A DNA stretch of 64,000 bases from Desulfatiglandales bacterium (lineage in GTDB: Bacteria > Desulfobacterota > DSM-4660 > Desulfatiglandales > HGW-15): positions 1,536,001 to 1,600,000 of the forward strand of contig CAXXJJ010000004.1 in NCBI GenBank assembly GCA_963667015.2, in the 5' to 3' direction. Shown in pieces: positions 31,409 to 41,010 of the stretch. The notes beneath the pieces are model-generated. The model had not been told where the DNA came from and made no database searches. It saw only the letters and a list, made by a program, of their open reading frames with translations. The translations under genes and the position numbers were made by a program. Each line of letters opens with the position of its first letter. The stretch's first letter is position 1.

Positions 31409-33553
31409 ATGAAAGACATAAAAAATATTCGAAAAAATGAAGAAGGTATTTTTTTGAACCGCCGTGACTTTATCAAGGTAACAGGTACCGGTATTTTTGT
31501 GTTCTTCACTATCGGCAGTATAGACATTTTTGCCCAGCGGAGGGGTTTTGGTAATGATTACCCAACGGATTTTAACGCCTACCTCAGAATCAGTGAAGAC
31601 GGACGCATATCATGTTTTTCCGGTAAAATAGAGATGGGCCAGGGAATTATAACCTCGCTGGCCCAGATGCTGGCTGAAGAACTGGATGTGGAATTATCAT
31701 CTGTAGACATGATAATGGGTGATACCCTTTTATGCCCGTTTGACTTTGCCACTGTAGGCTCCAGAAGCACTAAATATTTTGGCCCTCCGCTGAGAAAGGC
31801 CGCTGCTGAGGCAAGGTCTGTCCTGATCAGCCTGGCGGCGGAAAAACTCAATGTTAAACCTGACAGGCTTTATACTGAAAATGGAATTATCAGGGACAGG
31901 GAAAACCCAAAGATAAATATTACCTACGCGTCGATCGCCAGAGGAAAAACTATCGAAAGACACCTTAAGGAAGGGGATATCAGGATTAAGCCCCACTCAA
32001 GGCATACAGTTTCCGGTAAACCCATGCACAGATCTGATGCCCTGGAAAAAGTTACAGGAAAGGCAAAATTTGCAGGAGATATAATCCTGCCGGGAATGCT
32101 CTATGCAAAAATATTAAGGCCGCCGGCCCATGATGCGAAACTGATAAAAGCCGATGTGTCCGGGGCAAAAAAAATAGATGGTGTCGTTATTGTTGAGGAA
32201 AATGACCTGGTAGCAGCTCTTCATGAAATCTCGGAAGAGGCAGAAAAGGCCCTTGACCTGATAAAGGCCGATTATGAAATACCTGATAATGATTTACATA
32301 ATGGAAATATATTCGAATATCTGGAAAAGAATGCGCCTGCAGGACAGGTTGTTATTCAAAAGGGAGATTTAGAAAATGGCAGGAAGAATACAGTAAAATC
32401 CATAAAATCCAGATTCCTTAATCACTATGTTGCACATGCTCCCCTTGAAACACATACCGCAGTGGTTTCAGCGGGTAAAGAGGAAGTGAAGGTTTGGGCA
32501 GCTACCCAGGCCCCTTTTCGAGTACAGAGTTCGGTTGCCGAAGTGTTCGGGCTTTCGACTGAAAAGGTCCATGTTCTTCCGACTTTTATGGGCGGGGGAT
32601 TCGGGGGAAAAACTGCACATCTTCAGGCGATTGAGGCGGCCCGGCTGGCAAAATTAACCGGAAAACCGGTACAGGTGGCATGGACAAGGAAAGAAGAATT
32701 TTTCAATGACACGTTCAGGCCTGCGGCAGTAGTAAATGCTGAAACAGGAATAGATAAAGACGGTAAAATAAGTTACTGGGATTTTGAAATCATCATGGCA
32801 GGTACAAGGAGTTCAGAACCCATTTACGATATTCCTCACCATCGTGTGATATCAAGGGGAGGAGGGTTTGGCGGAGACAGGGTCCATCCCTTTGGCACAG
32901 GGGCATGGCGTGGACCAGGAAGCAATACAAATGTTTATGCAATGGAATCCCAGACAGATATCATGGCGCAGGCAGCAGGAATCGATCCTGTTACCTTTCG
33001 AATGAAAACCCTGGCTGATAAGCGAATGCAGCGGGTTCTAAAAGCGGCAGCAGACAAATTCGACAGCCCTATTACAAAAGGGCCCAGCGGAAATGGCATT
33101 GGTGTAACCTGTACAGACTATCTTGGCACCTATGTGGCAACCATTGCCAAGGTCAAAGTTGACAAAAAAAATGGAGATGTAAAGGTCGAAAGGATTGTGT
33201 GTGCCCAGGATATGGGTGAAATTATAAATCCACAGGGCGCACGGCTGCAGATTGAGGGTGGAATCACCATGGCTGTAAGTGCGGCCCTGACTGAAGAAAT
33301 TGAATTCAGAGGCAGCTCCATACTCACAGAAAATTTTGACACCTATGAGATTACCAGGTTCTCAACAGCCCCTGTTATTGATGTTGTGCTTATAGATAAT
33401 CCCGAGATGCCGCCTCAGGGTTGCGGTGAACCCGCCTGTACTACTGTTGGGGCGGCCCTGGCTAATGCAGTGTGTGACGCCACTGGTGTTCGTTTATACG
33501 AGCTTCCCATGACACCGGAACGTGTAAGAAAGGCAATGATGAAAAAAGTATAG
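31409..33553 (+). CDS. xanthine oxidase-family molybdopterin subunit (IorB-like), Tat-exported
   Basis: NRRDFIK; EMGQG, GGGFGGK, GAWRGPG, GCGEP motifs. Confidence 0.93.
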   Translation: MKDIKNIRKNEEGIFLNRRDFIKVTGTGIFVFFTIGSIDIFAQRRGFGNDYPTDFNAYLRISEDGRISCFSGKIEMGQGIITSLAQMLAEELDVELSSVDMIMGDTLLCPFDFATVGSRSTKYFGPPLRKAAAEARSVLISLAAEKLNVKPDRLYTENGIIRDRENPKINITYASIARGKTIERHLKEGDIRIKPHSRHTVSGKPMHRSDALEKVTGKAKFAGDIILPGMLYAKILRPPAHDAKLIKADVSGAKKIDGVVIVEENDLVAALHEISEEAEKALDLIKADYEIPDNDLHNGNIFEYLEKNAPAGQVVIQKGDLENGRKNTVKSIKSRFLNHYVAHAPLETHTAVVSAGKEEVKVWAATQAPFRVQSSVAEVFGLSTEKVHVLPTFMGGGFGGKTAHLQAIEAARLAKLTGKPVQVAWTRKEEFFNDTFRPAAVVNAETGIDKDGKISYWDFEIIMAGTRSSEPIYDIPHHRVISRGGGFGGDRVHPFGTGAWRGPGSNTNVYAMESQTDIMAQAAGIDPVTFRMKTLADKRMQRVLKAAADKFDSPITKGPSGNGIGVTCTDYLGTYVATIAKVKVDKKNGDVKVERIVCAQDMGEIINPQGARLQIEGGITMAVSAALTEEIEFRGSSILTENFDTYEITRFSTAPVIDVVLIDNPEMPPQGCGEPACTTVGAALANAVCDATGVRLYELPMTPERVRKAMMKKV

Positions 33554-33608
33554 CATGAAATTGCTATCTAAAAGGAAGTCTAATAACATTTTTATGATTT
33601 TTCAAAAA

Positions 33609-33637
33609 GTAGAGACGGGTTTCAAACCCGTCTCCAT
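33609..33637. repeat. REP-like palindrome
   Basis: GTAG-headed GAGACGGGTT-TCA-AACCCGTCTC. Confidence 0.6.
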
Positions 33638-33718
33638 ATGCCATCATGTTCCGTTTTTGGATAATAGTGACAGAAGGATTTATTTATAAGCAAATGATCA
33701 CCAGTCACGGAGAAAGAC

Positions 33719-35473
33719 ATGAAAAGTAAATTTGGATTCACGAGTTTTATATTGCTGTTTTTCGTCATTATCGTTACCGGGTTCAGTTCCTGTACAAAAG
33801 AGCAGCCAGAGGTAGAGTTAAACTGCGACGACCAGTTGATTACTGTATTGAATCCGGCTATTTCGAGCGATTTTGCAGAGCGGGTTCCGCTGGCTCCTCG
33901 TACTGAAAACTCTCTGGACGAAAAAACCATCTATCTGGTAGACCTTCAATGGGGAGGCCCTGAAGCCGGATACAGTGTTTTTGAGGAAATGAAAGACTGG
34001 TTTTCTAAGAACATGCCCTCGGTCAAGGTTGAAGTCAGAAGATCAAAGGGTGGCTGGATGGGCGATGATCCTGATCTCAGAGCAGAGATAGTCTCCAAAA
34101 AGGCGGGTGGAGCAGTTATAGGCATTGGCGGGTGACACGGTTGTGTGTCGGTCGTGAGCCGATTTGCGAGAGAACTTGAAGAAAAGAATATACCTACCGT
34201 AGGTGCCGCAGGGATAAATGTAGTAAATTTTAAAGATTATAACGTAAAATACGCCAATGGTATGCCCATACGATTTGTGGCATTCCCCTTTCCGGTTGCG
34301 GGCCAGCCCAGGTCAGTTCATAAACAGTATGTTGAAGGCAAGGATCTTCTGAGCGGAAAACCAATGATGCAGGCCATTATCGACGGTCTTACAAAACCGC
34401 TTACTGATGAAGAAAAAAAAGAGGGAATTCCTCCCGAAGGAGCACCTGAACCCAGGCTGTTGAAACCGGATACAGAGGATAACCTCAGGCGTCTTTTTAA
34501 AGATAGAGAATGGACCGATTTTAATGCCATTATCCTCCCGACTGAAAAGAGAGTGGCAGAAATACTTACCGGAACAAGCCATAATCCGGATGAGGTGGTT
34601 TGTGAATCAGGTTCTAAAAAAATGACAGTGGAAAAAGTTGCAGCTTATGCCGTTATGGTCGGGGCAAAAAAGGAATATTTTCCGACCATACTTGCAATCT
34701 GTACCATGGCCCCTTCATTTGGCAATTCAACAAGCTCTGCCGCAAACATGATAGTAGTAAACGGCCCGATCAGAAAAGAACTGGGCATGAATTCCGGTGT
34801 TGATGCACTGGGCCCCTTTAACGAGGCAAATTCCGTACTGGGCAGGGTCTTTACCATTGCAGGCAAAATCATGGGGGACCTCCGCATCAATGAAGGAGCC
34901 TATTCAACCCTTGGAAGCACCATTCAGTATAATAACCTGTGCTATGCTGAAAACGAAGAAGCCCTGCCCGAGGGCTGGGAACCCCTCAGTGTGCAGCTCG
35001 GATTCAAACGAACCGACAATGTTGTAAGTATAGGTATGGGATGGAGTTATATTTCAAGCGTCGGCGAAGCGCAGATAAGTCATCCGCCGCACAAGATGTT
35101 CAGTGACTACATGCGTTCCCTTGCGGGAATGAGTGCAACAATTATAATGGACCCGACTGTTGCAGGTCTGCTAAAGGATGTTCATGGCTTCAACACCAAA
35201 GAAGAACTTGCCAAATACCTGTCTGAGAATACAGCGGTAAAAGCAGAAACATACTGGGGCAACGGAGTAAACACAACCGCCTTTAAACCTATGGCGCTGC
35301 AGGGACGAGAACCATACGCGACATGGCTTAATACCCCGCCTGAAACACTTATTAAGCCTTTCACCAATGAAAAGGGCATAAGGGTTATTGTCGCGGGTGG
35401 AGGGATACAGACCACATGGTTTGTGACAGACTTCCAATTTCGCGGAGGGATACAGATTGATAAGTGGAAATGA
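33719..35473 (+). CDS. UGSC-family selenoprotein, lipoprotein (UGA at 34133-34135 = residue 139; 584 aa)
   Basis: Two ORFs in frame across TGA giving GIGG-U-HGC-VS (UxxC) then ELEEKNIPTV; lipobox FSSC; WTD..I.LPTE.RV domain downstream. Confidence 0.88.
34147..34163 (+). promoter_or_regulatory. SECIS-like hairpin
   Basis: GUCGGU-CGUGA-GCCGAU, loop G at +19 from UGA. Confidence 0.65.
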
Positions 35474-35541
35474 TTTTCTGCTGATTCTATTCCGGAAATA
35501 AAAAGTCGCTTTGATAAAAAAAGAAAAACAGGAGAACCAGT

Positions 35542-36372
35542 ATGATATGTAAATTATTCGCCTCACTGCTGCTGATTATCACAGTTGCTGCCACACTAAA
35601 TGCGGCGGAAAAACAAACCGAATTAAAAACCACTGAAGATAAATTAAGTTATATTGTCGGCGCTCAAATGGCTAAAGACCTCAAACGGCAGGGGTTTGAG
35701 CCGAACTATGATGCATTTATTATGGGGATGAAGGAAACCTTTGGTAATCAGGCACCGCTGTTTTCAGAAGAGGACATCATGAAGATCAGACAGCAGTTCA
35801 CTCATGATCAAGTTATGAAACAGGCGGTTAAAACCCTTGGTGACAAGGCCTGGAAGGTCCAGCTGAAAAAACCGGAGATGATGACCTTTGATAAAAATAA
35901 AGACTATTTCTGGATACTTGAAACTAATAAAGGAACAATAAAATTAAAATTAATGCCTGATGTAGCCCCCATGCACGTAACCAGCGCCATTTTTCTTACA
36001 AAAAAAGGTTACTATGACGGCCTGACATTCCATAGAGTAATCCCCGGGTTTATGGCTCAGGGCGGAGACCCTCTGGGCACAGGTGTCGGTGGACCCGGTT
36101 ACCAGTTTGACGGCGAGTTTAACGACAATGTGAAGCATGATAAGCCATATATGTTGAGCACAGCTAACGCAGGTCCGGGCACTGACGGCAGTCAATTCTT
36201 TATTACCTTTGTACCAACCCCGGGCCTTGATGGCAAACACACTATTTTCGGGAGTGTTGTTGAAGGACAGGATGTTGTTAAAAGACTTGAGGCAGCAGGA
36301 ACCTCAAACGGAAAGACAAGGGAACCTCTAATAATTAACAGAGCGAAGATTGAAGAAAAGGCGCGGATGTAA
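35542..36372 (+). CDS. peptidyl-prolyl isomerase: FKBP N-terminal domain fused to a cyclophilin domain
   Basis: Signal peptide; DKLSYIVG (FKBP_N); FHRVIPGFMAQGGD, GSQFFIT, LDGKHTIFG (cyclophilin). Confidence 0.9.
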   Translation: MICKLFASLLLIITVAATLNAAEKQTELKTTEDKLSYIVGAQMAKDLKRQGFEPNYDAFIMGMKETFGNQAPLFSEEDIMKIRQQFTHDQVMKQAVKTLGDKAWKVQLKKPEMMTFDKNKDYFWILETNKGTIKLKLMPDVAPMHVTSAIFLTKKGYYDGLTFHRVIPGFMAQGGDPLGTGVGGPGYQFDGEFNDNVKHDKPYMLSTANAGPGTDGSQFFITFVPTPGLDGKHTIFGSVVEGQDVVKRLEAAGTSNGKTREPLIINRAKIEEKARM

Positions 36373-36399
36373 ATAATCCAACCTGATATTTGCATTTTT

Positions 36400-36447
36400 A
36401 TAATCCCTGAATTTTCTCATCACGTGGATAATTCAGGGATTATTTTA
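36400..36447 (+). terminator. probable intrinsic terminator
   Basis: ATAATCCCTGAATT...AATTCAGGGATTAT + T run. Confidence 0.65.
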
Positions 36448-36485
36448 TACTGAGCATCCAATTTCACTATTAAATCTTTAAACCT

Positions 36486-37358
36486 ATGAACAAACAATTA
36501 TTTTCCTATATAATGCTGTATCTGTCAGCCATCCTGTTTGCAGTTACTTCGGTAATTGTAAAGGTTGCGGCTCAAACCTATTCGGGCCTTTTCATTTCTT
36601 CTGTAAGATTCCTGTTTGGTCTTTTCCTGGCAGTTATAGCCATAAAACTTTCCGGGCAAAAATTCAGGATTATCAATAAAAAATACTGGGTTTTAAGAGG
36701 AATTGCAGGAGCTGTCGCAATGATCTGTTTTTATGTAGCGATCCATCTGACATCAAGCGGAAGAACAGCTCTCCTTGAAAAGGTATATCCGATATTCGTT
36801 ACCATCTTCAGCCTGCTGATCTATAAAGAGAAAATCACTAAAAATATAATTTTAAGCCTGATATTATGTACTGCAGGAGTTTTCTTTATCTTATATGACG
36901 GAAGTGAATACAGTTTTGTCGGCAACCTGATAGGTCTAGGTGCTGGAATGGCCGCGAGTTTTGCCATCATATTCATTAAAAAAGCAAGACAGACCGACAG
37001 CAGTCTGATGATTTATCTTTCTCCATGTGTATTCGGCATGGGTACACTGCCTTTCACCTTTGGCGAATTCACGAAGATCACGGGAAACGGATTTATACTT
37101 CTGTCTGTTATAGGCTTCCTCACATTCGTGGCACAGGTCATGATGACCTATGGATACAAGGAGGTCCCTGCATCAAAGGGGAGCATTATATTCTATCTTG
37201 AAACAATACTCACAATTTTTCTCAGTCTGTTTATCGTTGATGAAATAATAACTGCACGGTTTGCTATCGGATGTACACTCGTTATATCGGGTCTTGTAAT
37301 TAATAACGGTCCGAAGTGGTTCAGGATAAAGACTGAGGCAGTCTCGATAAAAGAGTGA
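36486..37358 (+). CDS. DMT/EamA family transporter
   Basis: About 10 TM, two EamA repeats (PIFVTIFS...KEKI). Confidence 0.9.
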   Translation: MNKQLFSYIMLYLSAILFAVTSVIVKVAAQTYSGLFISSVRFLFGLFLAVIAIKLSGQKFRIINKKYWVLRGIAGAVAMICFYVAIHLTSSGRTALLEKVYPIFVTIFSLLIYKEKITKNIILSLILCTAGVFFILYDGSEYSFVGNLIGLGAGMAASFAIIFIKKARQTDSSLMIYLSPCVFGMGTLPFTFGEFTKITGNGFILLSVIGFLTFVAQVMMTYGYKEVPASKGSIIFYLETILTIFLSLFIVDEIITARFAIGCTLVISGLVINNGPKWFRIKTEAVSIKE

Positions 37359-37393
37359 CAGCCTGTTGCCGGCTAAACAGCTACAGCCTGTTT

Positions 37394-38419
37394 TTACACC
37401 GCCAGATCGAGCTGTTGTATTGTCCCGGCTGTACCATTTTCCATCAGATATATGCCGGTTCTGACAGTCTGGCCTGTCAGTTCATTTTCATTTCCCCTGT
37501 GATCAAATCCTGTTGATAAATTTCCCGTGTTAATTGCGCCGATACCGCTTTCCTTAAGCCCTTTAAGACTGGAATACCCCGTGGCATCCATTGTCCAGAC
37601 ACGCAGCTTGCTGTAAACAGGATCATTTTCGTCAATCCAGTTATTGCCGTCAATATCATGGACTGAAAGTTCATTAAAGCCGTTTCCAGTCTGTGGGCCA
37701 AACAGCTCTTTGCCGTTATTTACAATACCGTCGCTGTTGCTGTCGATTACCAGATAACCGCTTCCAGGTTTCGGGACCGGAACATCCTCATTTATGCCGT
37801 CTGAATCCAGATCAAAGGAGAATTTCATATCTGATAATTCTGCAGCGGTCCCGTTGAAATTAATTACAAGAGGATCTGTCAGCAGAGCATCACCTGCCCT
37901 CAGCCTGAAATTTTCATAGGCTGCATACTCTCTCTGCATATTGAGCTGTAGAGAAAACTCTATTTCTCTATTGTCACCGGTTTTTATTATTCCTGCTGCG
38001 GAGAAGGATATTTCCTCTATCTCGTAATGAGATTCCTGATAATTATAGGAAATGCCCCAGCCTTCCCGCTCAGTTTCAGTCTCAGAATCCTGCTGGCTGT
38101 TTTCGAGTTTTGTATCAGCATCGCCGGAAGTTCCCTGGAATTCGGAAAGATCAAAAACCCTCACCTTTTTACCGGAAAGAATCTCTACAAGCAGTGCGTC
38201 AAGCGTCATTTTCAGATTGTTTTTCCTGAGCTCATCCAGGGCTTCTTCAGTGCTGCATTCTCCTGCCATGCATTTTGCTTTGGCAGAAATACTTATTTTT
38301 TCGCCTGAAGCATTACCTTCTGATGGATCAATCCAGACACTCAGGTTTTCCTGCTCTTCATCCCTGCTGACAAAATGTCTTTCTGATGCCATGTATATGT
38401 TTGAATTTTCGATTTTCAT
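37394..38419 (-). CDS. acidic hypothetical protein with DPLVINF/FDLDSDG motifs
   Basis: DPLVINF, FDLDSDG, ELFGPQTGNGF, D.DGN.WIDEND Ca-binding-like motifs. Confidence 0.7.
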   Translation of the reverse strand: MKIENSNIYMASERHFVSRDEEQENLSVWIDPSEGNASGEKISISAKAKCMAGECSTEEALDELRKNNLKMTLDALLVEILSGKKVRVFDLSEFQGTSGDADTKLENSQQDSETETEREGWGISYNYQESHYEIEEISFSAAGIIKTGDNREIEFSLQLNMQREYAAYENFRLRAGDALLTDPLVINFNGTAAELSDMKFSFDLDSDGINEDVPVPKPGSGYLVIDSNSDGIVNNGKELFGPQTGNGFNELSVHDIDGNNWIDENDPVYSKLRVWTMDATGYSSLKGLKESGIGAINTGNLSTGFDHRGNENELTGQTVRTGIYLMENGTAGTIQQLDLAV

Positions 38420-38607
38420 AACATACCCCTTATTCATGGCAAAAATCTTTGGACAGAAATTCAATCATTTATTTAAACGTGTGCGCATTTAAAATGAAGC
38501 TTTTTTCTGATGGAGCTTTCAGCTGTCAGCTTATTTATCGATCCAATAGTCTTTTTCTGAAAGCTAACAGCCTACAGTCTAAACAGCTTCAGCCTGCTTT
38601 TATTAAA

Positions 38608-38796
38608 TCACACGACAATATCAACATTCTGTCCTATTCCCAGAGATTTAAGAATGCCGCTCATCATATCCTCCTGGATCTTGAGAGCATCCTTAAGGAG
38701 GGCAATATCCTTTTCAGATTCCACCTGACTGTTCTGAGCGGATATCATCTGTGCGGCCAGATCCGCACTGCCTGTACCAACTGAATTAATAGCCAT
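38608..38796 (-). CDS. YjfB-like putative motility protein
   Basis: LLKDAL..Q...GIGQNVDI pattern; AAGGAG RBS. Confidence 0.7.
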   Translation of the reverse strand: MAINSVGTGSADLAAQMISAQNSQVESEKDIALLKDALKIQEDMMSGILKSLGIGQNVDIVV

Positions 38797-38828
38797 TAAT
38801 AAATCTCCTTAAAACCTTCTTTTTAGCA

Positions 38829-38856
38829 TTATCGACAGAACATTCCAGTTTCATTA
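38829..38856 (-). promoter_or_regulatory. possible sigma28 (FliA) promoter
   Basis: TAAT-N16-GTCGATAA versus consensus TAAA-N15-GCCGATAA. Confidence 0.35.
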
Positions 38857-38915
38857 GACATTTTCATTACGACCTGCAACCCTCCTAAAAATAATTTAAC
38901 TTCTTATTATTTAAT

Positions 38916-40940
38916 TTATTTCTTCTGTGGTATAAATTTGGCCGCCCAACCACCCCCTGGTGCAAGTTTCAGTTTAATAGTATCTTTTTTTGAAACAGTC
39001 CGAAAAATCTTTTTAAAATCACTGGCATAATGATCTGCATTAATCCCGTCTTCAAGTATTTCGGCAAGATAGATGCCTTCACTTAAAAAGGACAGATCGA
39101 ATGTAAATTCTCGTTCTTTTTCATTCGTCATTGCGCCCATATACCAATTGTCTCCATTCTTTCGAGCAATGACAAGATATTCAGCAACACTGGCTGCCAT
39201 CACTCTGGTATCTTCCCATATAGTGGGTATCTCAGAAATGAATTTTGCGCACTCAGATTCCTTCATGTAATTTGATGGGCTATCAGCCATCATCTGCAGC
39301 GGGCTTTCATAGATCACATACATCGCAATTTGATGCATTCGTGTGCCCATACTCATTGGACGGGAGAAAACGCTTTGAAAATTATTCGGTTGAGCGTTGT
39401 TCATTGCCCCCGGCGTATAATCCATGGGACCGGAAACCATCCGTATAAACGGCAAAGTCAGATTATGTGTCGGGGTGATGTCTTTACTCCATTTGTTATG
39501 TTCCAGTCCTTTTACTCCTTCCCGGGTAATCACATTTGGGTAACTGCGACGCAACCCGCCTGGCTTATATGCTCCATGAAAATCAACCAGCATTTTTCTT
39601 TTTGCAGTTTCAGAAGCGATCTTCCAATAGTAATTTACCATTTCCTGATCATCACGCTGCATGAAATCAACCTTGATACCGGCAGCTCCCCATTTTTCAA
39701 ATTGATCGAGAGCAATCTCAAGCTGTTCATCAAGTGTTTTCCAGATTACCCAGAGAATAACTTCCACATTTTTTTCTTTGCCATACCTGATAATTTCTTC
39801 CACATTCATCTCCGGAACAACATTCAGGAGATCACCAGGTACGTACCAGCCTTCATCGAGAATTATATATTCGATTCCAAACCTGGAGGCAAAATCGATA
39901 TAATACTTGTAAGTCTCAGTATTTACTCCAGCTCTAAAATCGACGCCGTATATGTTATTAGCATTCCACCAATCCCAGGCTACTTTACCCGGCCTAATCC
40001 AGGAGGTATCACTTAACTTCGAATCCTCTCCAAGTAGATAAACCAGTTGATTTGTAATGAGATCACCATCCTCTCGGGCTATTGCTATAATTCGCCACGG
40101 GAAAAATCGGTTCCCATCCGTTTTTGCTATATAGTCAGCAGATTTTGTAACAGGAAAATTGCGATCTTTAAGCTGTATTTCACCCGAATTGAAAGGTTGC
40201 ATTTTACTTTCAAGGGGATAGTGCGGAAACGTTCCGGTTAGTGTATTACCTGTGCTGCTATTTATCCAGAGACCAGGGTAATCACGTAAAGCGCTCTCAG
40301 AAATTAGAATTTTTGGCCCTGTTGTTTCTACTAAAAAAGGCAAACTGGCAATCTTTCCGGCAGGTAACCTGTCGAGTTGAATATATTGGTAGGACCGCTC
40401 GTTATGAGAAAAATAACCTTCTTCTTCCGGAAAATAGATATTATTTGTTCCGGTAAAATTAAAAGTCACCTGCTCAGAATAGACTTTTAATTCTCTGTCA
40501 ATACGGGTTTGAAATCGATATGCAACGCCGTTGTTGTATACTCGAAAAATAACAGAATAATCCCCAGTGAAATCTATTGTCAGTTCACTGTAATAATCAT
40601 CAATAGTGGCGAACTTTTCCGGTATTACAGGCTTAATATTTTGTTTAACGGATTTATTTTGAAAATCTGAAATTACCGGATTTTTCCCAAGCACCTGATT
40701 ATCACCAACATTCATTGATATTGGCGAAGGCTCAATAATCAACTTTTCATCAACAAAGACGGAATAGCTAATTTGATCCACAAAAGACAGGACAACTTTT
40801 ATAGTTTTATCTGGTGATTGAACCTCAAGATTTTTCTCTGTCTGCCCTTTGACATTGATAGAAATAAAAAGGATCAGAATAGTTGAACAGATTAGATTTG
40901 TTATACATTTTATATTATTTTTCCTTGGAAGCTGTTTCAT
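38916..40940 (-). CDS. glycoside hydrolase family 97 protein
   Basis: WIRPGKVAWDWW, YIILDEGW, GIKVDF, DFHG, REGV.GLE, GPMDYTPG. Confidence 0.95.
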   Translation of the reverse strand: MKQLPRKNNIKCITNLICSTILILFISINVKGQTEKNLEVQSPDKTIKVVLSFVDQISYSVFVDEKLIIEPSPISMNVGDNQVLGKNPVISDFQNKSVKQNIKPVIPEKFATIDDYYSELTIDFTGDYSVIFRVYNNGVAYRFQTRIDRELKVYSEQVTFNFTGTNNIYFPEEEGYFSHNERSYQYIQLDRLPAGKIASLPFLVETTGPKILISESALRDYPGLWINSSTGNTLTGTFPHYPLESKMQPFNSGEIQLKDRNFPVTKSADYIAKTDGNRFFPWRIIAIAREDGDLITNQLVYLLGEDSKLSDTSWIRPGKVAWDWWNANNIYGVDFRAGVNTETYKYYIDFASRFGIEYIILDEGWYVPGDLLNVVPEMNVEEIIRYGKEKNVEVILWVIWKTLDEQLEIALDQFEKWGAAGIKVDFMQRDDQEMVNYYWKIASETAKRKMLVDFHGAYKPGGLRRSYPNVITREGVKGLEHNKWSKDITPTHNLTLPFIRMVSGPMDYTPGAMNNAQPNNFQSVFSRPMSMGTRMHQIAMYVIYESPLQMMADSPSNYMKESECAKFISEIPTIWEDTRVMAASVAEYLVIARKNGDNWYMGAMTNEKEREFTFDLSFLSEGIYLAEILEDGINADHYASDFKKIFRTVSKKDTIKLKLAPGGGWAAKFIPQKK

Positions 40941-41010
40941 TATCTAAACCTCTCTGATATGAGTCTTTTAATTGGATTAGTGAGATAGACAGGATAATTT
41001 CAGATTATTA

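Noticed and set aside
39330..40016. 228-aa plus-strand ORF and other long antisense ORFs (e.g. 19270-19935, 41544-42095, 50054-50575)
   Set aside because: They overlap well-supported genes on the opposite strand and show no motifs or RBS
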